A stretch of DNA of 64,000 nt. Origin: a virus. Below are positions 49,620-58,715 of this stretch, piece by piece. The DNA lies in IMG/VR virus record IMGVR_UViG_3300023184_000030, positions 64,001 through 128,000 of that record, one strand, 5' to 3'. The position numbers were made by a program, and so were the translations under genes. The notes under the pieces were generated by a model, which saw only the letters and a list, made by a program, of their open reading frames with translations, was not told the DNA's origin and ran no database searches. Each line of letters begins with the position of its first letter. Within the stretch, counting starts at the first letter, position 1.

Positions 49620-50549
49620 TTATTCTTCTGGTAGTTTTGCAGAGATCTCTTCTACTTCTCTCTTGTTCATGAATTCAGAAAGGAGTGAAGCTATATTCTT
49701 TAGCATTTCTCTGTCTTGTGATCCTGAATCTACTGAACTCCTATAGTGCTTTAGCAAAGACTCCTCGTCAGAGTTGTCTTGTATATCCATTGCTCTCTTA
49801 GTTAAATATTTAACATAAGGATCTGGATTTTTTACATCAGTAAATCCCCCCGGAACTGTAATTATGTCCATATCTGGGATTTTAAAAGATGTTTTTTTAT
49901 TTAGAGAATCATTGTTTATATAAACACAAGGATGGTGATCGCTAGAATTTAGATATATTTTAAATTTAGATAAAAGATCATCCTTAGCTCTCTTTGATAT
50001 CTCAATAAGCATTCCATTATCTAATTTAGCATCCCAAATGTAATCTCCGCATGATTCGAAGGATTCTATGGATCCAGGTATACCTAACAAATCCATAAAC
50101 AATTCTACATCGTCTTGTGCATTCTGTGTTGTCCTGTCTTGTCCTGTGGTTTTTGAATATTCTAAATGATTTGCAAAATCTTCAATGAAATCATCTATCC
50201 TTGATCTGTTACTTTCTTTTGATATCCACTTCTTATAGGGATCTAAGTCTAATTCTATTATAGAACCATTATTATCTTTTTTAAATGAAATCGCATCATT
50301 GGGTATCCAAACATACTCCGACTCGTTGCCAGAGGAATCTACATAACATATAGCTATGGACGTTTCATTTTTCTTAGGAATTATTATTTTATCGGAAGGT
50401 ATTTCTTTTTCCCCAGCTGTTAAATCTACGGGAGATATAATATAACCGCCATCCCATGAATCTTTAACCCCTGGTATGTGATAAGATTGTCCCTCGTTAA
50501 TCTTATTTTTCTGAAAATCATTAAATCCTAATATCATCCTATTATACAT
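49620..50549 (-). CDS. Hypothetical protein, candidate internal head protein (309 aa)
   Basis: N-terminal ILGFNDFQKNKINE signature. Confidence 0.6.
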   Translation of the reverse strand: MYNRMILGFNDFQKNKINEGQSYHIPGVKDSWDGGYIISPVDLTAGEKEIPSDKIIIPKKNETSIAICYVDSSGNESEYVWIPNDAISFKKDNNGSIIELDLDPYKKWISKESNRSRIDDFIEDFANHLEYSKTTGQDRTTQNAQDDVELFMDLLGIPGSIESFESCGDYIWDAKLDNGMLIEISKRAKDDLLSKFKIYLNSSDHHPCVYINNDSLNKKTSFKIPDMDIITVPGGFTDVKNPDPYVKYLTKRAMDIQDNSDEESLLKHYRSSVDSGSQDREMLKNIASLLSEFMNKREVEEISAKLPEE

Positions 50550-50982
50550 TATCGTTTCCGAAAGAAACCGTAATTTTAAAATTCTTTGGATCTGTAGATT
50601 TATTCATATCGATTAATAGATTCTTTGGATAAGTAGGTATTACGCTAGCAAGCTTTTCCACATTAAGTTGGCTATAATCTATGGTTTTACCAGGTATCAA
50701 ATCTATATCAAATTGTTTATGTTCGTTCGGATAATCATCCACGCTAAACTCAAGCTCTATCAGATCAATATTAAATATGAAATCATCGATACCTGCTTTT
50801 TTAATTATCAGATCAATGCTATACTCAATAAAAGCTTTAGAATCATCAATGTCGCTGTATTCATCAGGCCTATTAAAAAGATCAATCTCAATATATTTTA
50901 ATTCCATCCCAAATGAGTAATCCCCTCTAGAAGCACCCTTCTTAGAAGAGCTAAATGCAGAATAGTCGTAAATTCTTCCCAC
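50542..50982 (-). CDS. Hypothetical protein (146 aa, GTG start)
   Basis: ORF preceded by GATATATA; N-terminus RIYDYSAF. Confidence 0.6.
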   Translation of the reverse strand: MGRIYDYSAFSSSKKGASRGDYSFGMELKYIEIDLFNRPDEYSDIDDSKAFIEYSIDLIIKKAGIDDFIFNIDLIELEFSVDDYPNEHKQFDIDLIPGKTIDYSQLNVEKLASVIPTYPKNLLIDMNKSTDPKNFKITVSFGNDNV

Positions 50983-51001
50983 TTTTGTTAGATTTTTCTT
51001 C

Positions 51002-51041
51002 TATATATCCGATTTACTATTTTTAATAACGGGAATATATA
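51002..51041. promoter_or_regulatory. Divergent pair of late-promoter motifs (GATATATA on - at 51009-51002; AATATATA on + at 51034-51041)
   Basis: 27 nt before GTG 50982 and 37 nt before ATG 51071. Confidence 0.6.
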
Positions 51042-51070
51042 ATTAAGTATACTAACTAAATAATAAGGGT

Positions 51071-51799
51071 ATGACAAAGAGCATAAGTCCTGTATGGTTC
51101 CTTAGAGAGCCTATAGATCCAGAGCACAAAGAGTATGTGCTATTAGATTACTTAAAAGAAACGAGTAAGAGGTTAAACAAGGAAAATTGTTACCCTATAA
51201 TGAAGGAAATCTCCAAGATAGTAAAAATACTAAACGAATTTAGGAAGGATAAAACAATTAGTGAATCCGTCAAGAAGTCGCTGGGAAAGGTGGACAGAGA
51301 CTATATCAATTCTTTCGTCTTTAAGGATCTTTTACCCGGTCAAAAGGAAACCCTAGATCTTATAATAGAAGACTCTCTGGAGACATTGTATGACTATTCC
51401 GAGATATGTTTAGATATCTTAAAGGAGGAAGAATCTAAAATAAAAATATTCCGGATTCAATCCAAATTTGATAATGAGGATAATCTTGTAAATTCAGGAA
51501 TAGTTATCATCAGAAATATGGTAACTGATAAACTACTTAATTATTTCTTTAAATCAAATGTCAGAATGGAAACACCAGATGGAGACAAGGAGGTTTCAAT
51601 TTTAAAGAAGATACATTTAAAAAATTCATTCTTCTCATTGAACTATGAGTATATCTACCATGAGATCCTAAATGAGATCAACACAGATAACAAATATTCG
51701 CCCAAATTCTATGTTGTTGAGATATATGAGAACTTCGAGGAAACATCTGAGATCTACAAGTTAGCCAAAGAAAAATTCATAGAACATATAGGAGTATAA
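51071..51799 (+). CDS. Hypothetical protein (242 aa)
   Basis: Long ORF on the + strand with its own promoter motif and terminator; N-terminal WFL.EPID.EHKEYVLLDYLK. Confidence 0.75.
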   Translation: MTKSISPVWFLREPIDPEHKEYVLLDYLKETSKRLNKENCYPIMKEISKIVKILNEFRKDKTISESVKKSLGKVDRDYINSFVFKDLLPGQKETLDLIIEDSLETLYDYSEICLDILKEEESKIKIFRIQSKFDNEDNLVNSGIVIIRNMVTDKLLNYFFKSNVRMETPDGDKEVSILKKIHLKNSFFSLNYEYIYHEILNEINTDNKYSPKFYVVEIYENFEETSEIYKLAKEKFIEHIGV

Positions 51800-51806
51800 G
51801 GATCAC

Positions 51807-51833
51807 AAAAAAAGAGCCAATAGGCTCTTTTTT
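51807..51833. terminator. Bidirectional rho-independent terminator between convergent genes
   Basis: A7-GAGCC-AATA-GGCTC-T6. Confidence 0.85.
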
Positions 51834-51851
51834 ATTATAGGGTTATTCCTT

Positions 51852-52199
51852 TTAGAAATCCTTTAGCCTAGTTATAGATGAATCAATATTTAATGATTCG
51901 CTGGCATCCATATTAAAAATGCCACCTACACCTGGCGCATCAACAATACCTGTTTTATCACTTCCCATATTTATTCTATAACCCGGTGCATCTATTTTAG
52001 ATTGCTTACCGAAAACAGAATCTGCGTATCCCGCATAATCGTATGCTGGTTCTCTTTTTATTTCTGATTGGCCTGATTTTGGTGACATCTCGCCTGACTG
52101 GTTTTCACCCGAGAGAGGCTTATATGTGTTATCATGCACTTTTGAAAGGAATTTCTTAAAATCTAAGATTTCTCTTTGCGATACGTTTTGTATATTCAT
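51852..52199 (-). CDS. Hypothetical protein, candidate internal head protein (115 aa)
   Basis: EILDFKKFL near the N-terminus and ITRLKDF at the C-terminus. Confidence 0.6.
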   Translation of the reverse strand: MNIQNVSQREILDFKKFLSKVHDNTYKPLSGENQSGEMSPKSGQSEIKREPAYDYAGYADSVFGKQSKIDAPGYRINMGSDKTGIVDAPGVGGIFNMDASESLNIDSSITRLKDF

Positions 52200-52215
52200 G
52201 GTTTATTTTTTAATA

Positions 52216-52878
52216 TTAAGATTCTTTTTTTCCAGACAAAGAATTCCAGAAAGTTGAAAGGTAATCCATTGCTCCCGCGCTATTTCCTGATTTAGTTGAG
52301 TTACTAGGTTTACCATAGAATTGTGCGGCCTTATCTTTTGCAATACTTGAAAGCTGTGCTTTATCGCTAGGATTCAGGGATGCTAAAGCGTCTCTTCCAA
52401 CAGATCCTTTTGCTCCAGGACCTCCGAATGCTTCTATTAGTGCATTTTCTATTATCATTCTTCCTTTATCCGATTGTAACCCCTCTCTTAATGTAGAGTA
52501 AAGCCATCCTGTAGGTTTTATACCCATTTGTGTAGCTAGAGTATCTAAACCTTTTCTTTGTATAAATTCCTGTAAAGCTTTTGCCATCATTGGTGCAAGG
52601 TATTCAACGTTAGCTTTTTCCCCTGTTAATAATTTAGGGTAATCTTCAATAGGAATCTGGTCTATAACTTCCTGTACGATAACAGACATATTAGAGTTTT
52701 CTTCAACCCCTATCTGCTCCATTAATTTAGCAGCAACCTTTTGTTTTATAGTTTTTCTGAGGCCCTCACCAGCAAATCCGAGTAAGCCATTAAAAAATCC
52801 ACCCAGATCGCTGAACTGGAATGATTCGTTTGTTTCTTCGTCAGAAAATGCATCAAAATCTTTAATAATTCTAGACAT
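52216..52878 (-). CDS. Hypothetical protein, candidate internal head protein (220 aa)
   Basis: N-terminal IIKDFDAF....TNES followed by an amphipathic helix. Confidence 0.6.
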   Translation of the reverse strand: MSRIIKDFDAFSDEETNESFQFSDLGGFFNGLLGFAGEGLRKTIKQKVAAKLMEQIGVEENSNMSVIVQEVIDQIPIEDYPKLLTGEKANVEYLAPMMAKALQEFIQRKGLDTLATQMGIKPTGWLYSTLREGLQSDKGRMIIENALIEAFGGPGAKGSVGRDALASLNPSDKAQLSSIAKDKAAQFYGKPSNSTKSGNSAGAMDYLSTFWNSLSGKKES

Positions 52879-52898
52879 CTATGTTCTTTTATTTTAAC

Positions 52899-52906
52899 TA
52901 TATATC
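52899..52906 (-). promoter_or_regulatory. Putative late promoter GATATATA
   Basis: 28 nt upstream of ATG 52878. Confidence 0.65.
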
Positions 52907-52936
52907 CACAGAAGAATTATTAATCCAAGGAGTATA

Positions 52937-54343
52937 TTATACGTTGTCCAGAAAAAGATCCACAGCTTTTTGTCTATATTTAAGCTTATCCTCCTTAATC
53001 TCTGGATTTTTTAATGCCTCTTTCTTTCTATTAACAACTGAGTCCGGAAGCATTGGACCAAATGTGTCCTTTAGTATCTTTTTATCAGTTCTCCATTCGA
53101 GGGGAAGATGTAGAGCAAATCTAACTATATCAAGATTTAAGAAAGGACTTCTTAGCTCCAGTGTATGAGCCATTGACATCTTATCTAATCGGGGTAAGTG
53201 ATAATATGGTAACTCCTCAAATACATCAGACTGCTGTGAGTCATATTCATGTATTCTTGAATATCCTCCAAATAGCTCATCCGATCCGTCGCCACTTAAA
53301 ACTATCCTATAACCAGATTCTTTCTTAACTGCCTCGAATAAATGATACTGTGGGATCACTGAGCCTAAATCCACCGGTGTTTCATTCCATAGCGTGTATA
53401 TAAGAGCATTCTTACTTGAATCCATACTATAGTCTAGAAAATTGACAGGAGTGCTTAAATGGGCGCTTAAATCATTTACAAACGGGGTTTCTCCATTCTC
53501 TATAGTAAACCAGGTAACCCTGGCATTCATTTCTTTTAATACCCCTGCTATAATCGAAGAATCGAGACCTCCTGATACCAAAAGTGATATTGGATAGTTC
53601 TTAGAAACAAGTCTATTTTTTACACTCTCAAACATCTTATCCCATAGCCAACTCATATGGGTTTCATAATCCGCACCTTCTAGTTCGGATATCGGGGATT
53701 CCCAAGTTCTATAGTAAGGGCCATACGTTTGTTCAAATAGGGGTGATGCTATATTATAAAAATAAAAGGTGTTAGGAAGGATTCTTTTAATCGATTTAAT
53801 CGGTGTTCTGTTGTCCTTATTGTAACCCCATTTTCTGATAGCACTTATATAGGTTTCGTCTAACTCATCCAGTACCGTGGTAAGACCTTTAATCTCTGAA
53901 CAGATCTCCCCCAGGTCGTTTTTATAAAGGCATTTTTTTCCCAAAGGATCTGTGAATGCAATCACACTCCCTTTATTTGAGTCGTATATTACAACTGCCC
54001 AAAATCCATCCCAAGTTTGTATGTGTGGTGAATATGCAGCAGCAAAGAATTCCAGATTACCCCCTTTATAGCCACTGAATAAACTACATAGATATTCGGT
54101 ATCAGAGGAGAATGTAGTTCTGTCATAATTAAATATTTCCCCATTAAACATCAAATATACACCAGGTGAAACTTCCCTTGGCTGATTCCATTCATCTCCA
54201 TCGGAGGTCTGAATTGGCAATCTATGATGGCATAAGGTAACCTTATCAAGTTCCTCCACAGATCTTTCTATCCCTCTGTGTTTTATTGTATCCAAAATTT
54301 CCGGATGCTTATCCGCTCTAGTTGTTAATAGTATTCCGCACAT
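52937..54343 (-). CDS. asnB: Asparagine synthetase B-like glutamine amidotransferase (468 aa)
   Basis: N-terminal MCGI (Ntn Cys), HRG, HHRL.I, FNGEIFNY, SDTE, SGGLDSS, LSGDGSDELFGGY, RLDKMSMAHTLELRSPFL. Confidence 0.92.
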   Translation of the reverse strand: MCGILLTTRADKHPEILDTIKHRGIERSVEELDKVTLCHHRLPIQTSDGDEWNQPREVSPGVYLMFNGEIFNYDRTTFSSDTEYLCSLFSGYKGGNLEFFAAAYSPHIQTWDGFWAVVIYDSNKGSVIAFTDPLGKKCLYKNDLGEICSEIKGLTTVLDELDETYISAIRKWGYNKDNRTPIKSIKRILPNTFYFYNIASPLFEQTYGPYYRTWESPISELEGADYETHMSWLWDKMFESVKNRLVSKNYPISLLVSGGLDSSIIAGVLKEMNARVTWFTIENGETPFVNDLSAHLSTPVNFLDYSMDSSKNALIYTLWNETPVDLGSVIPQYHLFEAVKKESGYRIVLSGDGSDELFGGYSRIHEYDSQQSDVFEELPYYHLPRLDKMSMAHTLELRSPFLNLDIVRFALHLPLEWRTDKKILKDTFGPMLPDSVVNRKKEALKNPEIKEDKLKYRQKAVDLFLDNV

Positions 54344-54349
54344 GTTTTT

Positions 54350-54910
54350 TTAATTAAAAAGTATATCTTCAAACATTGAGTCTATATTGCTCACTGATTG
54401 GTCGTCGAATTTATTTGTAAATGCCCATATCTTATGTAGTCCAGCTTCTTGAAACATTGATATTACTTTCTCATAAGTAGCTCTTTCCCTCGTGTCGCCA
54501 TCTATATGATCCCACTGATCTTTACTTCTATCTGACTTGTCTGGATTTTCCCCATTTATATAAATGATAGTGATCTCGTGAAGAAGCGAGTATTTCTTCA
54601 ATATCTCTATTTGATTCTTAGCTTCTTCCTCAGTTATTCTACCCTCGAGCAATCCCCACACTAAGACAGTTAATATTCCTCTGTCGTGTATGAACGATCC
54701 CTGAGGTATGTCTTTTGCTAACTGCATAAGCATAAATTCTTTGCCCAATGAAAATGCATGGGCTTCTTTGCTATCCTCGCTTTTTAGATTTAGATCGCTA
54801 AAGAAATTAGCAAACTTAAACTGAAATCTTGGAATATGAAAATATTCTGAGATATGCTCAGATAAAAATGTCTTGCCTGAATTTCTTGGACCTTCAAATA
54901 CGTATACCAT
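54350..54910 (-). CDS. P-loop nucleoside monophosphate kinase-like (thymidylate kinase fold)
   Basis: VYVFEGPRNSGKT Walker A and IHDRG motif; ATG 54910 preferred to TTG 54955. Confidence 0.75.
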   Translation of the reverse strand: MVYVFEGPRNSGKTFLSEHISEYFHIPRFQFKFANFFSDLNLKSEDSKEAHAFSLGKEFMLMQLAKDIPQGSFIHDRGILTVLVWGLLEGRITEEEAKNQIEILKKYSLLHEITIIYINGENPDKSDRSKDQWDHIDGDTRERATYEKVISMFQEAGLHKIWAFTNKFDDQSVSNIDSMFEDILFN

Positions 54911-54952
54911 ATATTTCTTTCTATAGCGGAACACCACACATGTTCCACATAG

Positions 54953-54960
54953 CAAATATA
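54953..54960 (-). promoter_or_regulatory. Bacteroidota-type sigma -7 element TATATTTG (TAnnTTTG)
   Basis: Exact TAnnTTTG about 43 nt upstream of the kinase ATG, just after a terminator; no exact -33 TTTG. Confidence 0.55.
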
Positions 54961-54984
54961 ATAAATTAGTACGGAAAAAGCACG

Positions 54985-55017
54985 AAAAACCCCGATCTTT
55001 ATTAGAATCGGGGTTTT
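54985..55017 (-). terminator. Rho-independent terminator after the 825-aa gene
   Basis: Stem AAAACCCCGAT/ATCGGGGTTTT. Confidence 0.8.
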
Positions 55018-55019
55018 AT

Positions 55020-57497
55020 TTATTTTGCTTCAATATTAACGCATTTGAAAGGTGATTGCTGCGGTATCTCATCGAATGAAGTTGAATTCATTCTTTTGAC
55101 ATGCGTTGCTATGCTAGGATAAATGTCAGCAGCTATATAATAGCAGTTATTACCTAGAATATTTTTTATTCCGCTATCAGATCCTTTCATGTTACCTAAT
55201 ATGCCAATTCCATCAAGCGAAGATGACATCTGCCTTTTGGATGTAGTTTTCTTTTTCTTAATATCATCATATTCTCCTACGATGATTTTAGATCCCTCAT
55301 AAGTTAATAGGGGTCCGCTGTCTGAGTCATCTTCAGTTAGACCGAATATACTATCTTTAGATATTCTTTTAGCTGTAGAAGCGCCTAAAACATTATCATT
55401 GATCCATTTTATACAGCTTACGAATTTGCTTCCGTCAAAGGTAACACAGTTAGCTATCATTACAAGGAAGTTGTTAATAGCAACAAATTCCTCTTTACCT
55501 AAATCTGGACTTCTATCACTTTTTTGTAAAGCGATGTTAAAAGCTCTAGATATGTCGCCCTTAAGATTATCGTAATCTATAAAAGGAATTTCTTTATTCT
55601 TGATAGACGATTCCATCATTTCAAAAGGTCCAGAAAGATCTAGATCATCGTTATCTGAATTTTTACTAATTAATTGTTTTATACCATCATATCTAAACTG
55701 GGGTCTAATCATACCGAACGTTGTCCAACCTTTAAGATAATTTCTAAGAAATTCAGTTGCGTCTTCGTTGCCTAATGTTTTAATTTGTCTAGCCTCTGTC
55801 CATTTGTTCCAGTTGCATGGGGTTTTTAATGATGATGATCCTAGGTTGATATTATAAACTGCACCTTTAGAAAAGAAATATGAGAATTCTTCCGCTGGTT
55901 TAGCTTTATCTAAAGCTAGATTCCAATCTTTTATAAATTCTGTGCTGTAGGATGATTTAAGAGATCCATCCTGCTTAATAAAATCATCAGACTCTACTTT
56001 TATATTATATTCAGATCTAAGTTTTTTAGCTAATCCACGTACTCCTGAAGCTGATTTTGCATCAGATGATCCTGATGATTTTTCTGGAGATGCTACTGCT
56101 CCTTGAGCTTTATATTGAACAGCTAACTCCTTTTCAAAATCAGAATTGTTGATAGTGATTTTACCCTCATTAACACTAGAGAATAATTCAGAAATACTTT
56201 TAACATAACCCGAATTAGATGTGCTTTCATGCATTTTTGTTCCTATCGTATGCAAAGCTGTATTGATAGCTTTTCTATTCTTATCTGAAACCCAATCTGA
56301 AGCAATTATATCAGTTAATAATGCTTGGTCTATCTGACCGCTTGCATTTTTATTACCTGATAATTTTTGGATAGTTGAGATAACAGAAGTTGTAGCTGGA
56401 CCATATTTTCCATTAGGACCTCCTTTAGATTTTATCAGCTTACCTGCAGAAGTTATACCGTCACAAAGTGCAGTTTGAATAGCAAAGATTAATCCGCTTC
56501 CTTTTATCTTCTTATCAGAATCTGCATCCCCTCTTTTTAAAGGAAAAATTGCTTTAGCAGTTTCCACTTCTTTAACCTCATTTTCATCCTTGATAACCTT
56601 AACAGCTATCCCGTACTGTGTCTTTGCTCTAGTCATAAGATCTAGTGCTTGATTAACTAAATTAGTAACGTCGGAATACGTTGTATAAACTTCTTCGTCA
56701 TCCTCTAACTTTTGTAGAGATCTATTTGCTGTTTGAATCATAGTGTTGTTAAATTCTTCCTGAAATTTATCAACTTGCTTTTCTAATTCTTCAAGCATTT
56801 TTCTATTCTTGTCTCCACCATCTGTATTATCTAAAGCCTTTCTTTTCTCGTCAAGATCTAGAAATGTTCTTTTCCAATCTCTTCCATATCCTGATTTTTG
56901 ATCTTTACCCTCGGAAGAACTTATTAGATTGGTAAGTAATTTTTTTAGATTATCAACTCTTCTTTTATAACCAGTGAAAATAGATTCATTTAACATATCA
57001 TCAGAATCAAATCCTTCGCTGTCATTTAGCTTCTTAGCTTCTTCTTCTGCTTGTTTAGCTATGTTGTCTATCGAATTCTGAAGTTTAGTTGTAGCCATCT
57101 TAAACTGCTTAAATATAACCTCATCTTTAGATTTAGAAATTTCTGAAGTTCTATCAAGTGCTTCAGCAAATTTATGTAAGCTCTCAAGATACAGTCTTTT
57201 AGCTTCTGCATATTTAGAATTTGCTAAATCATTATCGTCTGCATAGTCGATCAATTTAGCGGTTAAAGATTTTACCGTTTTAGAACTTGCAACATCGGAA
57301 AGCTTAAGCCTGATAACATCTGGATTTCTATCCCTTTTTGGAGCCAAATCAAAGGTTAATATCTTGAAAGCATTTAAAGCATTATCACAAACCTTAACAA
57401 GCAAAGAATCTACTTGTTCATTTTCTAATAGCCTAGTATAATATCCTTCCAATAGCTGTTTAGCTACCTGATTGTGGATGTATGGATTATTGTTCAT
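55020..57497 (-). CDS. Coiled-coil protein with peptidoglycan-binding-like domain, candidate internal/ejection protein (825 aa)
   Basis: LKRGD...IFAIQTAL...NGKYGPATTSVISTIQ...SGQID matches PG_binding_1 spacing; internal LLE/LNE/VNE motifs. Confidence 0.6.
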   Translation of the reverse strand: MNNNPYIHNQVAKQLLEGYYTRLLENEQVDSLLVKVCDNALNAFKILTFDLAPKRDRNPDVIRLKLSDVASSKTVKSLTAKLIDYADDNDLANSKYAEAKRLYLESLHKFAEALDRTSEISKSKDEVIFKQFKMATTKLQNSIDNIAKQAEEEAKKLNDSEGFDSDDMLNESIFTGYKRRVDNLKKLLTNLISSSEGKDQKSGYGRDWKRTFLDLDEKRKALDNTDGGDKNRKMLEELEKQVDKFQEEFNNTMIQTANRSLQKLEDDEEVYTTYSDVTNLVNQALDLMTRAKTQYGIAVKVIKDENEVKEVETAKAIFPLKRGDADSDKKIKGSGLIFAIQTALCDGITSAGKLIKSKGGPNGKYGPATTSVISTIQKLSGNKNASGQIDQALLTDIIASDWVSDKNRKAINTALHTIGTKMHESTSNSGYVKSISELFSSVNEGKITINNSDFEKELAVQYKAQGAVASPEKSSGSSDAKSASGVRGLAKKLRSEYNIKVESDDFIKQDGSLKSSYSTEFIKDWNLALDKAKPAEEFSYFFSKGAVYNINLGSSSLKTPCNWNKWTEARQIKTLGNEDATEFLRNYLKGWTTFGMIRPQFRYDGIKQLISKNSDNDDLDLSGPFEMMESSIKNKEIPFIDYDNLKGDISRAFNIALQKSDRSPDLGKEEFVAINNFLVMIANCVTFDGSKFVSCIKWINDNVLGASTAKRISKDSIFGLTEDDSDSGPLLTYEGSKIIVGEYDDIKKKKTTSKRQMSSSLDGIGILGNMKGSDSGIKNILGNNCYYIAADIYPSIATHVKRMNSTSFDEIPQQSPFKCVNIEAK

Positions 57498-57511
57498 AAT
57501 TTATTAATCTT

Positions 57512-57784
57512 TTAGTATATATTTTCTTTAGGTCCAGCAGCATTCTTACCAGTATTACTCTTTTGTATTTCAGCTGAAAGGCTTTTCATCAAAACGGATA
57601 TTTCCTGATATATCCCTGCTTGTTGATTTATACTTGCTATCTCTGAAGCAGTATCTCCAGGTTTTTTAGAATCCTTAGCACTTTTAATTGCATCAAATTT
57701 TTGGGAAAGAGTTGTTTTTATTCCCTGTACTTTGGTTTCCCCACTGTCTTCCTCATTAACAAGGAATTCTCTAAATTTAAGCAT
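57512..57784 (-). CDS. Small candidate internal head protein (about 90 aa)
   Basis: ATG 57784 gives MLKFREFLVNEE (ORF track starts at TTG 57796). Confidence 0.65.
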   Translation of the reverse strand: MLKFREFLVNEEDSGETKVQGIKTTLSQKFDAIKSAKDSKKPGDTASEIASINQQAGIYQEISVLMKSLSAEIQKSNTGKNAAGPKENIY

Positions 57785-58715
57785 ATTTTCTAGCAATTGT
57801 TATTTTGGATCTTAGATCTCTTATTTCATCCATATATTTCTCTCTGATCTCCTTTATTCTTTTCGAAGCTAATTCTCTTGCTTCCTCCGGAGTAGTTGAG
57901 TTTTCAACTTCTTTATTTAGAATATCCCTTTCCATATCCATAGCAACATATCTGTCATTTCTCTCTTTTAAAAGGAAGGAAACAAGTTTCTTTGCTTGGG
58001 CAGGAATGTATCCCTTTATAGCATTTGTAAATTCGGTCAAAGGAAGTTTAGCAATAAATTCAAACGAAGCATCGCTTTCATTTCCTGATTTAGTGGAATT
58101 ATCTGTTCCGGTGGTAGATCTAGTTGATCTTGATCTATCCTTAAATCTCTCGCCTGACTCAATGTCCTTAGTCATTAAGTTACCATACCTATTTCTGAAG
58201 TCAGTATCCTTTTGCTTAGCTTTTAGAACTGCTGCTTTGTACTTAGCATATAGTGATCCGGAAAGTGATGAATCGGCTAGATTTTTAGCTCTTTTGTACA
58301 TCTCCTCAGCTATATCAGCATCAACGTTTGTTTTAAGTTTCTCCCAATATATTCTAACTCTTTTATTCTCGCTTACCACATCTCTAACCTTAGTGAATAT
58401 GCTTTCAGTCCTCTTCTCATGGGATCTAGACTGAGCATCCATTAACTCGTTATTTCTTTGAATCAAACGATCAATTCTTTTTATCTCTGCAGGATCGCTT
58501 TTAGTTTGAGATCTTTCCAGATCTAATTTATCGATCTCAACATTAATATCTTCCCATTTTTCAACATATTCAATCTCTGCTGATCTATACTCATTAGCTA
58601 ATTTATCTAATGAATCTATACTGCCACCAAAAGTGCCACTCAACCAGTTTTTTATCTTGTCAAATACACCAGCTTCGTTTAAGCTGTCCCATTCTTTAAA
58701 TTTTAAAGTCATCAT
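57777..58715 (-). CDS. Coiled-coil candidate internal head protein (312 aa)
   Basis: MMTLKFKEWDSLNE|AGVFDKIKNWLSG; resembles the upstream gene. Confidence 0.65.
   Translation of the reverse strand: MMTLKFKEWDSLNEAGVFDKIKNWLSGTFGGSIDSLDKLANEYRSAEIEYVEKWEDINVEIDKLDLERSQTKSDPAEIKRIDRLIQRNNELMDAQSRSHEKRTESIFTKVRDVVSENKRVRIYWEKLKTNVDADIAEEMYKRAKNLADSSLSGSLYAKYKAAVLKAKQKDTDFRNRYGNLMTKDIESGERFKDRSRSTRSTTGTDNSTKSGNESDASFEFIAKLPLTEFTNAIKGYIPAQAKKLVSFLLKERNDRYVAMDMERDILNKEVENSTTPEEARELASKRIKEIREKYMDEIRDLRSKITIARKYA

Noticed and set aside
57805-58434. 209-aa + strand ORF and the other short antisense ORFs in the track (e.g. 2615, 3399, 46322, 48212)
   Set aside because: Fully antisense to well-supported genes; S/L/F/I-rich composition typical of reverse-complemented K/E-rich coding DNA
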